64,000 bases of DNA from Obrimoposthia wandeli (lineage: Eukaryota): positions 124,001 through 188,000 of the forward strand of contig CDROCS010006357.1 in NCBI GenBank assembly GCA_977020255.1. The letters are read 5' to 3'. This document shows positions 1 through 14,001 of this stretch, piece by piece. Below the pieces are notes generated by a model. It had not been told where the DNA came from. It did not search any database and saw nothing but the letters and a program-made list of their open reading frames with translations. Position numbers and translations under genes: made by a program. How positions within the stretch are numbered: position 1 is the stretch's first letter; the number at the start of each line of letters is the position of its first letter.

Positions 1-225
1 CAGAGTCAGTTTTGGTTGTTTAACACTGCACTTATTCTTAATATTTTAGGAATGGTACTAACGGATATGTGGCTACCTATGGTGGTTGGTGCCATTGTGA
101 CAACTTACTTATCGGTCGATGCGCTTGTTCGGCTGCGTTATGTGATCCCAATGAAAAAGGAGATCCGTGACTTACGGCATGAATTAGAAAGTGCGCGCAA
201 AGAAGTAAAAGAAAGCTACGAGTAG
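1..225 (+). CDS. Hypothetical membrane protein, 3' part (frame open from base 1)
   Basis: Frame 1 is open from position 1 to TAG at 223-225; hydrophobic segment followed by a charged coiled-coil-like tail; followed by a terminator. Confidence 0.6.
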   Translation, partial: QSQFWLFNTALILNILGMVLTDMWLPMVVGAIVTTYLSVDALVRLRYVIPMKKEIRDLRHELESARKEVKESYE

Positions 226-261
226 GCGATGGTAATCAGATTTGTGTGTGTGTCTAGTCCT

Positions 262-292
262 AAAAAAGGCAGCTCTTAGAGCTGCCTTTTTT
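262..292. terminator. Bidirectional intrinsic terminator
   Basis: aaaaaaggcagctc-tta-gagctgcctttttt between convergent genes. Confidence 0.85.
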
Positions 293-539
293 AATTTGAA
301 CCTTTACGGATTAGAAAACGGTATGGCAGAGTTTCTGTATCAGCGGCGACAAGTGTGTGATCCATAAAGCGACAAAAGCTTGGTATGTCTCTTGTTGTCG
401 ATGGGTCATCTGCAAGTATTAGTAATGTCTCGCCTTCTTCCATTTTTCTGACTGTTTTACGTACCATCATTACAGGTTCTGGACAGCGCAATCCTTGTGC
501 TTCCAAGTTATGTGTTGGGTTTTCAAATAATGCTGTCAT
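291..539 (-). CDS. tusA: Sulfurtransferase TusA
   Basis: LRCPEPVM motif with the persulfide Cys, DDPST, FCRFMDH. Confidence 0.95.
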   Translation of the reverse strand: MTALFENPTHNLEAQGLRCPEPVMMVRKTVRKMEEGETLLILADDPSTTRDIPSFCRFMDHTLVAADTETLPYRFLIRKGSN

Positions 540-678
540 AACGATTATATTCCGGTTTCGATGGCTTGATCATACTTATGGATAAGAATTAATCAATAAG
601 GGTTGGCAAATAAGAATAAACTGTGTAACTTATTTAACAGGTATTTAACATTTCTTCTGAAGGATTAGGAGGTATCAA

Positions 679-861
679 ATGCTGACACAGATTGATCGAT
701 TAACTATTTATTGCGTGCTGTGCTTTATAACTTTTTGTTCTCTCGTTTTACGCAGCCCTAATGATATGAGTATTTTTGCGCTTGGTGGGTTAATTGCCAC
801 CGCGATTGGACTTTGGTTCGAATTAACCAATTCACCAGAACTCGAAGAGGAAGATGGTTAA
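679..861 (+). CDS. Small two-TM hypothetical protein (60 aa)
   Basis: Strong SD (aggagg) upstream, two hydrophobic segments, acidic tail, downstream terminator. Confidence 0.7.
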   Translation: MLTQIDRLTIYCVLCFITFCSLVLRSPNDMSIFALGGLIATAIGLWFELTNSPELEEEDG

Positions 862-915
862 CTTTTCCCTCTTACACGATACATCTACTACACTCCCCCT
901 AGTTTTCTTGGGCTT

Positions 916-940
916 CCCCGCTTTTTTGCGGGATTTTTTT
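916..940 (+). terminator. Intrinsic terminator
   Basis: cccgc-tttttt-gcggg followed by a T7 run. Confidence 0.7.
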
Positions 941-1008
941 TATCTGTCCCTTCATAATCTAATTGTCTTGGTAACGGTGCTGTTATCGCTAAGTAAGTGA
1001 AGCTTGAT

Positions 1009-1950
1009 ATGGAATTAGAAGAAGTCTACCGCCGTGATTTAAATTTATTGGTGGCATTGAAAGTATTACTTGATGAATGCAGTGTCAGCCGGGCTGCTAT
1101 ACGATTGAACTTGAGTCAATCGGCGATGAGTCGGGTTTTAGGTCGCCTACGTGATTTATTGGCTGATCCGCTATTTACTCGGCAAGGGCAGCACTTGATT
1201 CCGACACAACGTGCATTAGAAATAAATGAATCATTAAATGAGCCCTTAGAAGCACTGCGTATTTTACTTACACCAAGTGACTTTCGACCTGAGTTATGCG
1301 ATCAACGGTTTGTTATCGCGACTACCGATTATGCGATGCAAACCATTTTACCTTTTGCCTTACCGCGCATTTATGAAGAAGCCCCAAATATCTCATTGAA
1401 GTTTGAGCCGTTGCAGCATGATCATTTACTTACTCAGCTCACAACAGACGGGTGCGATATGGCAATATGTCGCCCAACCAGTATCGATACCTCATTATGT
1501 CGAGATCATCTTGGCTTAGTCAGTGTTTTTTGCTTGCTCTCCAGAAACCACCCAATGGCTGATAAAGATCTTACCCTTGATGATTATCTGTCATTTCCTC
1601 ATGCAATGATTGCGATAAGCGATGGGGTGAAATCGTTAATTGATGAAGCATTACGTGGCTACCCCGAACGGAAAATGGCCTTACGCGCATCGCATTTAGA
1701 AGCTGCCTTAGCTATCGTAGATAAGATGCCACTGATCATTACGGTGCCTGCTGATTTAGCGTATTTAGTGGCCGATAAATATGATGTCGTCGTGAAGCCT
1801 TTACCCTTTGAATTTGAGCCGTTTGATTATTCACTACTGTGGCATCCACGTTGTGAACATTCTGCTTCTCAGGTGTGGTTGCGGAATTTGATAAAGGAAG
1901 AATGCAGCCGCCTTATTGGTCAGCGTATTAGCGACATGGGGTTAGCGTGA
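1009..1950 (+). CDS. LysR-family transcriptional regulator
   Basis: N-terminal HTH DLNLLVAL..SVSRAAIRLNLSQSAMSRVLGRLR..DPLF; substrate-binding domain; ATG at 1009 preferred over GTG at 997. Confidence 0.92.
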   Translation: MELEEVYRRDLNLLVALKVLLDECSVSRAAIRLNLSQSAMSRVLGRLRDLLADPLFTRQGQHLIPTQRALEINESLNEPLEALRILLTPSDFRPELCDQRFVIATTDYAMQTILPFALPRIYEEAPNISLKFEPLQHDHLLTQLTTDGCDMAICRPTSIDTSLCRDHLGLVSVFCLLSRNHPMADKDLTLDDYLSFPHAMIAISDGVKSLIDEALRGYPERKMALRASHLEAALAIVDKMPLIITVPADLAYLVADKYDVVVKPLPFEFEPFDYSLLWHPRCEHSASQVWLRNLIKEECSRLIGQRISDMGLA

Positions 1951-2040
1951 GTAATCACTTTTAGGCTTGTTCTTTTTCGGGTTATACCATTCTTGGTAAG
2001 TAAATGGTCAGAGACTTATCTAGATTGGCATTATAAAGAT

Positions 2041-2065
2041 AAAAAAGGGCCAGCATAAGCTGGCC
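2041..2065 (-). terminator. Intrinsic terminator of acuI
   Basis: ggccagc-ataa-gctggcc preceded on + by an A run (U tract on -). Confidence 0.7.
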
Positions 2066-2138
2066 AAGGTAGTCTTGCTTTTTTCTGATTCGTTTACTTG
2101 GCTTTGTCTTAATAAGCCAGTGTTAACCGAGGTACTGC

Positions 2139-3119
2139 TTACAGCTTAATAACGACACGACCTGTTATCTGACCGTTAGTGATGTCTTCTGCGCACTCGG
2201 CTACTTCTTCTAAACTTACTTCGCGACAAGCTTGTTGATAGTAGCTTGCTGGCAATAGTTCAGTCAGCTTCTTCCATGCTTGTTGGCGTTTTTCGAATGG
2301 GCAAGATACAGAGTCAACACCTTGTAGTCTTACATTTCGCAGAATGAATGGCATAACCGTTGTAGGCAGGTCAAAACCACCGGCTAGACCACACGCAGCA
2401 ACAGCTCCGTTATAATCCATTTGTGCCAGTACTTTAGCGAGTACTTTGCTGCCTACAGTATCAACAGCACCTGCCCATAGTTGCTTTTCTAGCGGGCGAG
2501 CTGGTTCTTCAAACTCGCTGCGTTCAATAATACGGCTTGCACCAAGCTCTTTTAGCAATGGTCCATTGACTTCGCTTCGTCCAGTAACAGCTGCTACCTG
2601 ATAGCCAAGTTGAGCGAGTAGAGTGACAGCAACAGAGCCCACACCACCACTTGCACCTGTGACGACAACTTCACCAGACTCTGGTGTTACGCCTGCATCG
2701 ATAAGTGCTTGTACACATAGCATTGATGTTAGACCAGCAGTACCAATCATCATTGCTTGTTTGCCATCAAGATTTTCAGGTAGTGGTACTAACCAATCAG
2801 CGTTAAGGCGTGCTTTTTCTGCCATGCCGCCCCAATGTCCTTCACCAACACCCCAACCTGTTAGCACTACCGCATCACCAACTTGGTAACGATCATCGCC
2901 AGATTCGAGTACTCGACCTGTTAAATCGATACCTGGAACCATTGGGAACTGACGAACAATTCGGCCTTTACCGGTAATTGCTAGACCGTCTTTGTAGTTT
3001 AATGAAGAGTAATCTACATCGATTAATACATCACCTTCAGGCAGCTCAGATTCATCAACTTGACGAATGTCTGCAATAGTTTTTTTCTCTTCTTGATCAA
3101 GAACAAGTGCCTTAAACAT
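2139..3119 (-). CDS. acuI: Acrylyl-CoA reductase AcuI / YhdH (MDR family)
   Basis: MFKAL start, SSLNYKDGLA, VPGIDL, VTGASGGVGS, PFILRNVRLQGVDSV; start corrected to ATG 3119. Confidence 0.9.
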   Translation of the reverse strand: MFKALVLDQEEKKTIADIRQVDESELPEGDVLIDVDYSSLNYKDGLAITGKGRIVRQFPMVPGIDLTGRVLESGDDRYQVGDAVVLTGWGVGEGHWGGMAEKARLNADWLVPLPENLDGKQAMMIGTAGLTSMLCVQALIDAGVTPESGEVVVTGASGGVGSVAVTLLAQLGYQVAAVTGRSEVNGPLLKELGASRIIERSEFEEPARPLEKQLWAGAVDTVGSKVLAKVLAQMDYNGAVAACGLAGGFDLPTTVMPFILRNVRLQGVDSVSCPFEKRQQAWKKLTELLPASYYQQACREVSLEEVAECAEDITNGQITGRVVIKL

Positions 3120-3165
3120 AGGTGTGCTCCGAGTATTAATGAAAGGGGGCGTTGAATATGTGCAG

Positions 3166-3194
3166 AGTGTAGCTTTGATATAACTATGAATGAA
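3166..3194 (-). promoter_or_regulatory. Putative sigma70 promoter of acuI (-35 TTCATT, 17 bp, -10 TACACT)
   Basis: Read on the minus strand; weak -35 abuts a LysR-type box. Confidence 0.55.
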
Positions 3195-3231
3195 ATGAAA
3201 CATTGTCATTTTATACATGCTTTTTTTGCAT
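3195..3231. promoter_or_regulatory. Tandem LysR-type T-N11-A boxes (ATGA-N7-TCAT 3195-3209; ATGC-N7-GCAT 3217-3231)
   Basis: Two palindromic 15-mers with centres 22 bp apart upstream of acuI. Confidence 0.65.
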
Positions 3232-3272
3232 AGACAGATATAGATGATTCAATCTGTGTGTTTTTTCTTCGT

Positions 3273-3299
3273 AAAAAAGCCCGTGTCGTCACGGGCTTT
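3273..3299 (-). terminator. Terminator of fadBA
   Basis: aaaaaagcccgtg-tcgt-cacgggcttt. Confidence 0.8.
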
Positions 3300-3325
3300 G
3301 TTGATTTATTGCTGTTTATGTCGAG

Positions 3326-6668
<3,343 letters not shown>

Positions 6669-6710
6669 GTTCTATCTCCGTGAATTCTGATTCTATGCCA
6701 GATTAGACTT

Positions 6711-6727
6711 TACTGGTTTGACCTGTT
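6711..6727. promoter_or_regulatory. FadR operator
   Basis: TACTGGTTTGACCTGTT versus consensus AACTGGTCnGACCAGTT, ~45 bp upstream of the fadB start. Confidence 0.8.
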
Positions 6728-7168
6728 GTAGGTTAAATATTAGTCTGGACTTGTTATGAAACTATTTCAACACTTATTTAAAACAATCGTTTAACTTTTT
6801 GTTGTGTTATTTGTTACATAGAGTTTGGCGCAGGATATTTCTATTGGTAATTAATGGGTTGTTAGAATCCAGTTACTTTTATTATAAATTTTATCAGCAG
6901 CATGATGTTACGATTATGTTGTTTACTGACATCTGTATTTATGAGGGTAAATTTAGTTACTGCTAATTGTAAGGCTGGTGGCAATCAATGGCGTTGTTAC
7001 TCCTACTAATAATAGTTTCATCTATATAGAGGTGATATTTTTATTCCCGTACTTTTTTCTGTTGTTTATCTCTATTGGCTGGTAGCTGGAAGGCAGATTT
7101 GAAGTTGTTGTGGTACGTGTTGTGGTATCCTGCGCGATTATTTACCGGATTTTGTTTGTGGCTTTTGA

Positions 7169-7795
7169 ATGGCAGTATTTGAACCCTATTTAGTACCAGC
7201 AGCAGACGCTGGTTTTGAAGAAGAGATTAAAAAGAGTCGTTTCATTACGTATTTAGCGCATACACCAAGTATTGATGCTGCAAAGGCATTTGTTCAACAG
7301 ATTAAAACTAAACATAGCGATGCTCGGCATAATTGCTGGGCTTTTGTCGCTGGCCGTCCTTCAGATTCAATGATGTGGGGCTTTAGTGATGATGGTGAAC
7401 CGTCAGGCACCGCTGGAAAACCAATATTGGCACAATTAACAGGTTGTGGTGTGGGCGAAATAACAGCGGTTGTGACTCGCTACTCTGGTGGTATTAAGCT
7501 TGGGACTGGTGGATTGGTAAAAGCATACGGAGGGGGCGTTCAACAAGCCTTAACTGTGCTGCAAACCAAAGAAAAGATAATAACATCAGAACTCAGCTTG
7601 AGCTGTGAGTATAATCAAGTGTCATTGGTCGAAATGTTGCTGACTGAATATTCGGGTGTACAACTTCATGCCGAGTATGGACATCAAGTTGACATGATAC
7701 TTGAACTTGATAATCGTGACGTTGAAGTATTCAGTACCAAGCTTAAGAATCGTAGTGGTGGGCGCATTATCCCGACTTCAGATTTAGACAAATAA
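7169..7795 (+). CDS. yigZ: YigZ / IMPACT family protein
   Basis: KKSRF, ARHNCWA, SDDGEPSGTAG, VTRYSGGIKLG motifs. Confidence 0.93.
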   Translation: MAVFEPYLVPAADAGFEEEIKKSRFITYLAHTPSIDAAKAFVQQIKTKHSDARHNCWAFVAGRPSDSMMWGFSDDGEPSGTAGKPILAQLTGCGVGEITAVVTRYSGGIKLGTGGLVKAYGGGVQQALTVLQTKEKIITSELSLSCEYNQVSLVEMLLTEYSGVQLHAEYGHQVDMILELDNRDVEVFSTKLKNRSGGRIIPTSDLDK

Positions 7796-7825
7796 CCCCA
7801 TTAAGGATGAGAGCCACTAAAGTTC

Positions 7826-9283
7826 ATGCAATTTCGATCTATAATTAGAATCGTCGGGCTATTGCTCGCCTTATTCAGTGTCACTATGCTTGCTCCTGCT
7901 CTGGTAGCGTTTATTTATCGAGACGGTGCAGGCTTCCCATTTGTTGTTACCTTCTTTCTGCTATTTACTGGTGGTGCTTCTCTATGGCTACCGAATAGGC
8001 ATCATCGACGTGAATTGAAAGCGCGTGATGGTTTTCTAATTGTGGTGCTGTTCTGGACCGTAATCGGTAGTGCTGGTGCTGTACCTTTTATATTATCTAA
8101 AACGCCAGATCTCTCCATAACCGATTCTTTCTTTGAATCCTTCTCTGCTCTGACGACAACGGGCGCAACCGTGATTGTTGGGTTAGATGATTTGCCCAAG
8201 GCTGTCCTTTTTTATCGTCAGCTTTTACAATGGTTCGGCGGGATGGGAATCATCGTATTAGCTGTGGCTATTTTACCGGTATTGGGTATTGGTGGTATGC
8301 AGCTATATCGGGCAGAAATTCCAGGTCCCGTTAAAGATAGCAAGATGACCCCGCGTATTGCTGAAACGGCAAAAGCCCTTTGGTATATCTACCTTGCTTT
8401 AACGATAAGTTGTGCCGCCGCATTTTGGATGGCGGGAATGAATGTTTTTGATGCGATTGCTCATAGCTTTTCGACGGTAGCTATTGGTGGATTCTCAACT
8501 CATGATGCCAGTATGGGGTATTTTAATAGTCCGACTATCAATATGATCACCGTGGTTTTCTTGCTTATCTCTGCGTGTAATTTTTCACTACACTTTGCGG
8601 CCTTTGCAAATGGTGGCATCCATTTACGAACTTATTGGCGAGATCCTGAGTTTAGAGCTTTCTTCGGGGCTCAATTTATATTGTTTGCGATTTGTTTTGC
8701 GATGTTATTACAGCATCACTCTTATGATTCTTACTACGATGCTTTTGATCAGGCGCTCTTCCAAACGGTATCGATTTCAACAACAGCGGGTTTTACCACA
8801 ACTGGATTCTCTGATTGGCCTTTGTTTTTACCTGTCTTGTTATTGTTTTCTTCTTTTGTTGGTGGTTGCGCTGGCTCAACTGGTGGTGGAATGAAAGTAA
8901 TTCGTATGCTGTTGCTTTTCTTGCAAGGTGTACGTGAACTTAAGCGTCTTATTCACCCCCGCGCTATTTATACAATTAAGGTAGGCAATAAAGCGTTGCC
9001 GCAACGAGTGGTTGATGCTGTATGGGGATTCTTTTCTGCATATGCATTAGTTTTTGTTGTCTGTATGTTGGCTTTGATTGCAACTGGGCTAGATGAGCTA
9101 ACGGCATTTTCAGCAGTAGCAGCAACATTGAATAACTTGGGGCCTGGTTTAGGCGAGGTTGCAGTACATTTTGGTGATATTAATGCGCCAGCGAAGTGGG
9201 TGTTAATTATTTCTATGCTATTTGGTCGCTTAGAAGTATTTACTTTACTGGTTTTATTTACGCCAACCTTCTGGCGAAACTAA
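7826..9283 (+). CDS. trkH: Trk potassium uptake membrane protein
   Basis: FESFSALTTTGAT, QWFGGMG, GGFST, GGCAGSTGGG and GRLE motifs; synteny. Confidence 0.96.
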   Translation: MQFRSIIRIVGLLLALFSVTMLAPALVAFIYRDGAGFPFVVTFFLLFTGGASLWLPNRHHRRELKARDGFLIVVLFWTVIGSAGAVPFILSKTPDLSITDSFFESFSALTTTGATVIVGLDDLPKAVLFYRQLLQWFGGMGIIVLAVAILPVLGIGGMQLYRAEIPGPVKDSKMTPRIAETAKALWYIYLALTISCAAAFWMAGMNVFDAIAHSFSTVAIGGFSTHDASMGYFNSPTINMITVVFLLISACNFSLHFAAFANGGIHLRTYWRDPEFRAFFGAQFILFAICFAMLLQHHSYDSYYDAFDQALFQTVSISTTAGFTTTGFSDWPLFLPVLLLFSSFVGGCAGSTGGGMKVIRMLLLFLQGVRELKRLIHPRAIYTIKVGNKALPQRVVDAVWGFFSAYALVFVVCMLALIATGLDELTAFSAVAATLNNLGPGLGEVAVHFGDINAPAKWVLIISMLFGRLEVFTLLVLFTPTFWRN

Positions 9284-9292
9284 GGAGATACT

Positions 9293-9817
9293 GTGGAAAA
9301 GGTTTTATTTCTTCATTCCAGTACCGATGGTCAAACAATTAAAATTTTCAAACACATTGAAGAACAGCTTGGCAACGAGTATCAATGTGAGGTTATTGAT
9401 CTTCATCAGTCTCCAAAAATTGATTTCTCTCTTTATGATCGTATTTTGATTGGGGCTGCTGTTCGTTACGGTCACTTAAACAAAAAGTTATACCAATTCA
9501 TCGATAAAAATCGAAAGCAGCTTGATGAATCGAAAGTGGGATTTTTTTGTGTGAACCTTACAGCGCGCAAAGAAGGGAAGAATACGCCTGAAACCAGTGC
9601 GTATATGAAGAAGTTTCTTCTAAAGTCGCCATGGGTTCCTAAATTACAGGCTGTTTTTGCTGGAGCACTGCGTTATCCACGTTATAACTTTTTTGATCGC
9701 ACCATGATAAAGCTAATAATGAAGCTTACTGGTGGAGAAACGGATACGTCAAAAGAAGTGGAATACACCGATTGGGCTAAGGTGTCTCTCTTTGCAGCCC
9801 AGTTTAAGCAGTTTTAA
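9293..9817 (+). CDS. hemG: Menaquinone-dependent protoporphyrinogen IX dehydrogenase
   Basis: Flavodoxin fold SSTDGQT, FFCVNLTARK, AGALRYPRY; follows trkH. Confidence 0.95.
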   Translation: MEKVLFLHSSTDGQTIKIFKHIEEQLGNEYQCEVIDLHQSPKIDFSLYDRILIGAAVRYGHLNKKLYQFIDKNRKQLDESKVGFFCVNLTARKEGKNTPETSAYMKKFLLKSPWVPKLQAVFAGALRYPRYNFFDRTMIKLIMKLTGGETDTSKEVEYTDWAKVSLFAAQFKQF

Positions 9818-9890
9818 GTATAGAATATGATGGTTTAGTGTGTTTTTTGTTCTAACGGTCAGTTTTGATAAGTTTATTTCAATATACCCC

Positions 9891-9918
9891 TTGCCAATGT
9901 GATCGATGTCTCTATACT
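9891..9918 (+). promoter_or_regulatory. rRNA operon 1 promoter (TTGCCA-16-TATACT)
   Basis: 16-bp spacer typical of rrn promoters, AT-rich upstream, ~50 nt before boxA. Confidence 0.75.
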
Positions 9919-9968
9919 ACGACCTCACTGACACGGAGCACGGCGCTTAGCCAGCAACCTAGTCAGTA

Positions 9969-9980
9969 TGTTCTTTAACA
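9969..9980 (+). promoter_or_regulatory. rrn leader boxA antiterminator
   Basis: tgttctttaaca; spacer boxA tgctctttaaca also at 11820-11831 and 17233-17244. Confidence 0.8.
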
Positions 9981-10162
9981 ATTTGACCATGCAATCTGTG
10001 TGGGCACTCGTGAAATTTTAAGTCGAAAGATTTATCAATGAACTGAGTGACCTTAATCATCGCAAGATGACACAGTCAATTTATGCTTCATTCTTCGCAA
10101 GAAGATGAAACAAGAATATCAGTAAAAATCATTGAGCCGATTCGAAAGAATCAACAGAACTT

Positions 10163-10405
10163 TAATTGAAGAGTTTGATCATGGCTCAGATTGAACGCTG
10201 GCGGCAGGCCTAACACATGCAAGTCGAGCGGTAACAGAAAGAAAGCTTGCTTTCTTTGCTGACGAGCGGCGGACGGGTGAGTAATGCCTGGGAATATGCC
10301 TTAGTGTGGGGGATAACTATTGGAAACGATAGCTAATACCGCATAACGTCTTCGGACCAAAGAGGGGGACCTTCGGGCCTCTCGCGCTAAGATTAGCCCA
10401 GGTGG

Positions 10406-10441
<36 letters not shown>

Positions 10442-10450
10442 AACGATCCC

Positions 10451-10533
<83 letters not shown>

Positions 10534-10668
10534 CACAATGGGGGAAACCCTGATGCAGCCATGCCGCGTGTATGAAGAAGGCCTTCGGGTTGTAAAGTAC
10601 TTTCAGTCGTGAGGAAGGGTGTGTAGTTAATAGCTGCATGCCTTGACGTTAGCGACAGAAGAAGCACT

Positions 10669-10708
<40 letters not shown>

Positions 10709-10923
10709 GAGCGTTAATCGGAATTACTGGGCGTAAAGCGCATGCAGGCGGTCTGTTAAGCAAGATGTGAAAGCCCGGGCTCAACCTCGGAACCGCATTT
10801 TGAACTGGCAGACTAGAGTCTTGTAGAGGGGGGTAGAATTTCAGGTGTAGCGGTGAAATGCGTAGAGATCTGAAGGAATACCGGTGGCGAAGGCGGCCCC
10901 CTGGACAAAGACTGACGCTCAGA

Positions 10924-10983
<60 letters not shown>

Positions 10984-11077
10984 TCTACTTGAAGGTTGTG
11001 GCCTTGAGCCGTGGCTTTCGGAGCTAACGCGTTAAGTAGACCGCCTGGGAGTACGGTCGCAAGATTAAAACTCAAAT

Positions 11078-11148
<71 letters not shown>

Positions 11149-11204
11149 CTCTTGACATCCAGAGAATTCGCTAGAGATAGCTTAGTGCCTTCGGGAACTC
11201 TGAG

Positions 11205-11236
<32 letters not shown>

Positions 11237-11242
11237 TGTGAA

Positions 11243-11278
<36 letters not shown>

Positions 11279-11318
11279 TCCTTGTTTGCCAGCACGTAAT
11301 GGTGGGAACTCCAGGGAG

Positions 11319-11371
<53 letters not shown>

Positions 11372-11529
11372 CTTACGAGTAGGGCTACACACGTGCTACA
11401 ATGGCGTATACAGAGGGCTGCCAACCAGCGATGGTGAGCGAATCCCACAAAGTACGTCGTAGTCCGGATCGGAGTCTGCAACTCGACTCCGTGAAGTCGG
11501 AATCGCTAGTAATCGTGAATCAGAATGTC

Positions 11530-11583
<54 letters not shown>

Positions 11584-11704
11584 GGCTGCACCAGAAGTAG
11601 ATAGCTTAACCTTCGGGAGGGCGTTTACCACGGTGTGGTTCATGACTGGGGTGAAGTCGTAACAAGGTAGCCCTAGGGGAACCTGGGGCTGGATCACCTC
11701 CTTA
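10163..11704 (+). rRNA. rrs: 16S rRNA (operon 1)
   Basis: gagtttgatcatggctcag ... ggatcacctcctta. Confidence 0.99.
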
Positions 11705-12020
11705 CCTAAAGATTTATTGTTTGATGCAGTGTCCACACAGATTGCTTGGTCGAAATGTAAAAGAAATAGCGAAAGCGCTAATGAATAACGTCAGTTATTG
11801 ATTAACGCTTTTTGCGTTATGCTCTTTAACAATCTGGAAAGCTGACTAGTAAATTGAATCTACGGATTCAATTACAAATGTTTTTATCGAATGATAAAAA
11901 CGAGTTCTCAAAACAAACACACATTCAAGTGTCTTGTGTAAGAGTCCGGCGAAAACAAAACCTCTCTTTTTAAAGAGAGAAACCTTGGTTGTTGCCATAC
12001 GAAACCTCTTGGGGTTGTAT

Positions 12021-12981
12021 GGTTAAGTGACTAAGCGTACACGGTGGATGCCTTGGCAGTCAGAGGCGATGAAGGACGTATTAACTTGCGATAAGCGTAG
12101 ATTAGGCAGTAAAAGCCACTTGAGTCTACGATTTCCGAATGGGGAAACCCACGTGCATAAGCACGTATCGTTACGTGAATACATAGCGTAACGAGGCGAA
12201 CCGGGGGAACTGAAACATCTAAGTACCCCGAGGAAGAGAAATCAATTGAGATTCCGGCAGTAGCGGCGAGCGAACCCGGATTAGCCCTTAAGCAGCATTG
12301 GCGTTAGGTGAAGGTACTGGAAAGTACAGCGATACAGGGTGATAGCCCCGTAACCGACAACGACTTTACTGTGAAATCGAGTAGGACGGGACACGTGATA
12401 TCCTGTTTGAACATGGGGGGACCATCCTCCAAGGCTAAATACTCCTGACTGACCGATAGTGAACCAGTACCGTGAGGGAAAGGCGAAAAGAACCCCTGTG
12501 AGGGGAGTGAAATAGAACCTGAAACCGTGTACGTACAAGCAGTAGGAGCCCACTTGTTGGGTGACTGCGTACCTTTTGTATAATGGGTCAGCGACTTAAT
12601 TTTAGTAGCAAGGTTAACCGTTTAGGGGAGCCGTAGGGAAACCGAGTCTTAACTGGGCGTACAGTTGCTAGGATTAGACCCGAAACCAAGTGATCTAGCC
12701 ATGGGCAGGTTGAAGGTGAGGTAACACTTACTGGAGGACCGAACCGACTAATGTTGAAAAATTAGCGGATGACTTGTGGCTAGGGGTGAAAGGCCAATCA
12801 AACTTGGAGATAGCTGGTTCTCCCCGAAAGCTATTTAGGTAGCGCCTCGGACGAATACTACTGGGGGTAGAGCACTGTTAAGGCTAGGGGGTCATCCCGA
12901 CTTACCAACCCTTTGCAAACTCCGAATACCAGTAAGTACTATCCGGGAGACACACGGCGGGTGCTAACGTCCGTCGTGAAG

Positions 12982-13014
<33 letters not shown>

Positions 13015-13061
13015 AAAGTTATAGCTAAGTGGGAAACGATGTGGAAAGGCTCAGACAGCCA

Positions 13062-13093
<32 letters not shown>

Positions 13094-13903
13094 GAAAGCG
13101 TAATAGCTCACTGGTCGAGTCGGTCTGCGCGGAAGATTTAACGGGGCTAAGCTATACACCGAAGCTGCGGCAATATAACTTGTTATATTGGGTAGGGGAG
13201 CGTTCTGTAAGCCGTTGAAGGTCAATCGTAAGGTTGGCTGGAGGTATCAGAAGTGCGAATGCTGACATGAGTAACGATAAAGGGAGTGAAAAACTCCCTC
13301 GCCGGAAGATCAAGGGTTCCTGTCCAACGTTAATCGGGGCAGGGTAAGTCGACCCCTAAGGCGAGGCCGAAAGGCGTAGTCGATGGGAAACGGGTTAATA
13401 TTCCCGTACTGCTTATAACTGCGATGGGGGGACGGAGAAGGCTAGGTGGGCTTGGCGACGGTTGTCCAAGTTCAAAGGCGTAGGCTGTATTCTTAGGCAA
13501 ATCCGGGAATACCTCTTTAAGTAGAGAAGGCTGAGACCTGATGTCGAGTCACTACGGTGATGAAGCCATTGATGCCATGCTTCCGGGAAAAGCCTCTAAG
13601 CGATAGGTTATAAGTAATCGTACTCCAAACCGACACAGGTGATCAGGTAGAGAATACCAAGGCGCTTGAGAGAACTCGGGTGAAGGAACTAGGCAAAATG
13701 GTACCGTAACTTCGGGAGAAGGTACGCTCCTGGCGGTGATGAGACTTGCTCTCTAAGCTGCTGGGAGTCGCAGATACCAGGTGGCTGCAACTGTTTATTA
13801 AAAACACAGCACTGTGCAAAATCGAAAGATGACGTATACGGTGTGACGCCTGCCCGGTGCCGGAAGGTTAATTGATGGGGTTAGACGCAAGTCGAAGCTC
13901 TTG

Positions 13904-14001
<98 letters not shown>

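Noticed and set aside
241-253. (GT)n microsatellite
   Set aside because: Short, intergenic, no evidence of phase-variation relevance
6988-7029. 13-codon hydrophobic ORF MALLLLLIIVSSI in the fadB-yigZ gap
   Set aside because: No SD, too short, expected by chance in AT-rich DNA
11705-12020. tRNA genes in the 16S-23S spacers
   Set aside because: No TTC(G/A)A T-loop or cloverleaf found in either spacer; only boxA and processing stems
12530-13200. Intervening sequences in 23S helices 25/45
   Set aside because: Both helices are of normal length; total 23S is ~2.9 kb
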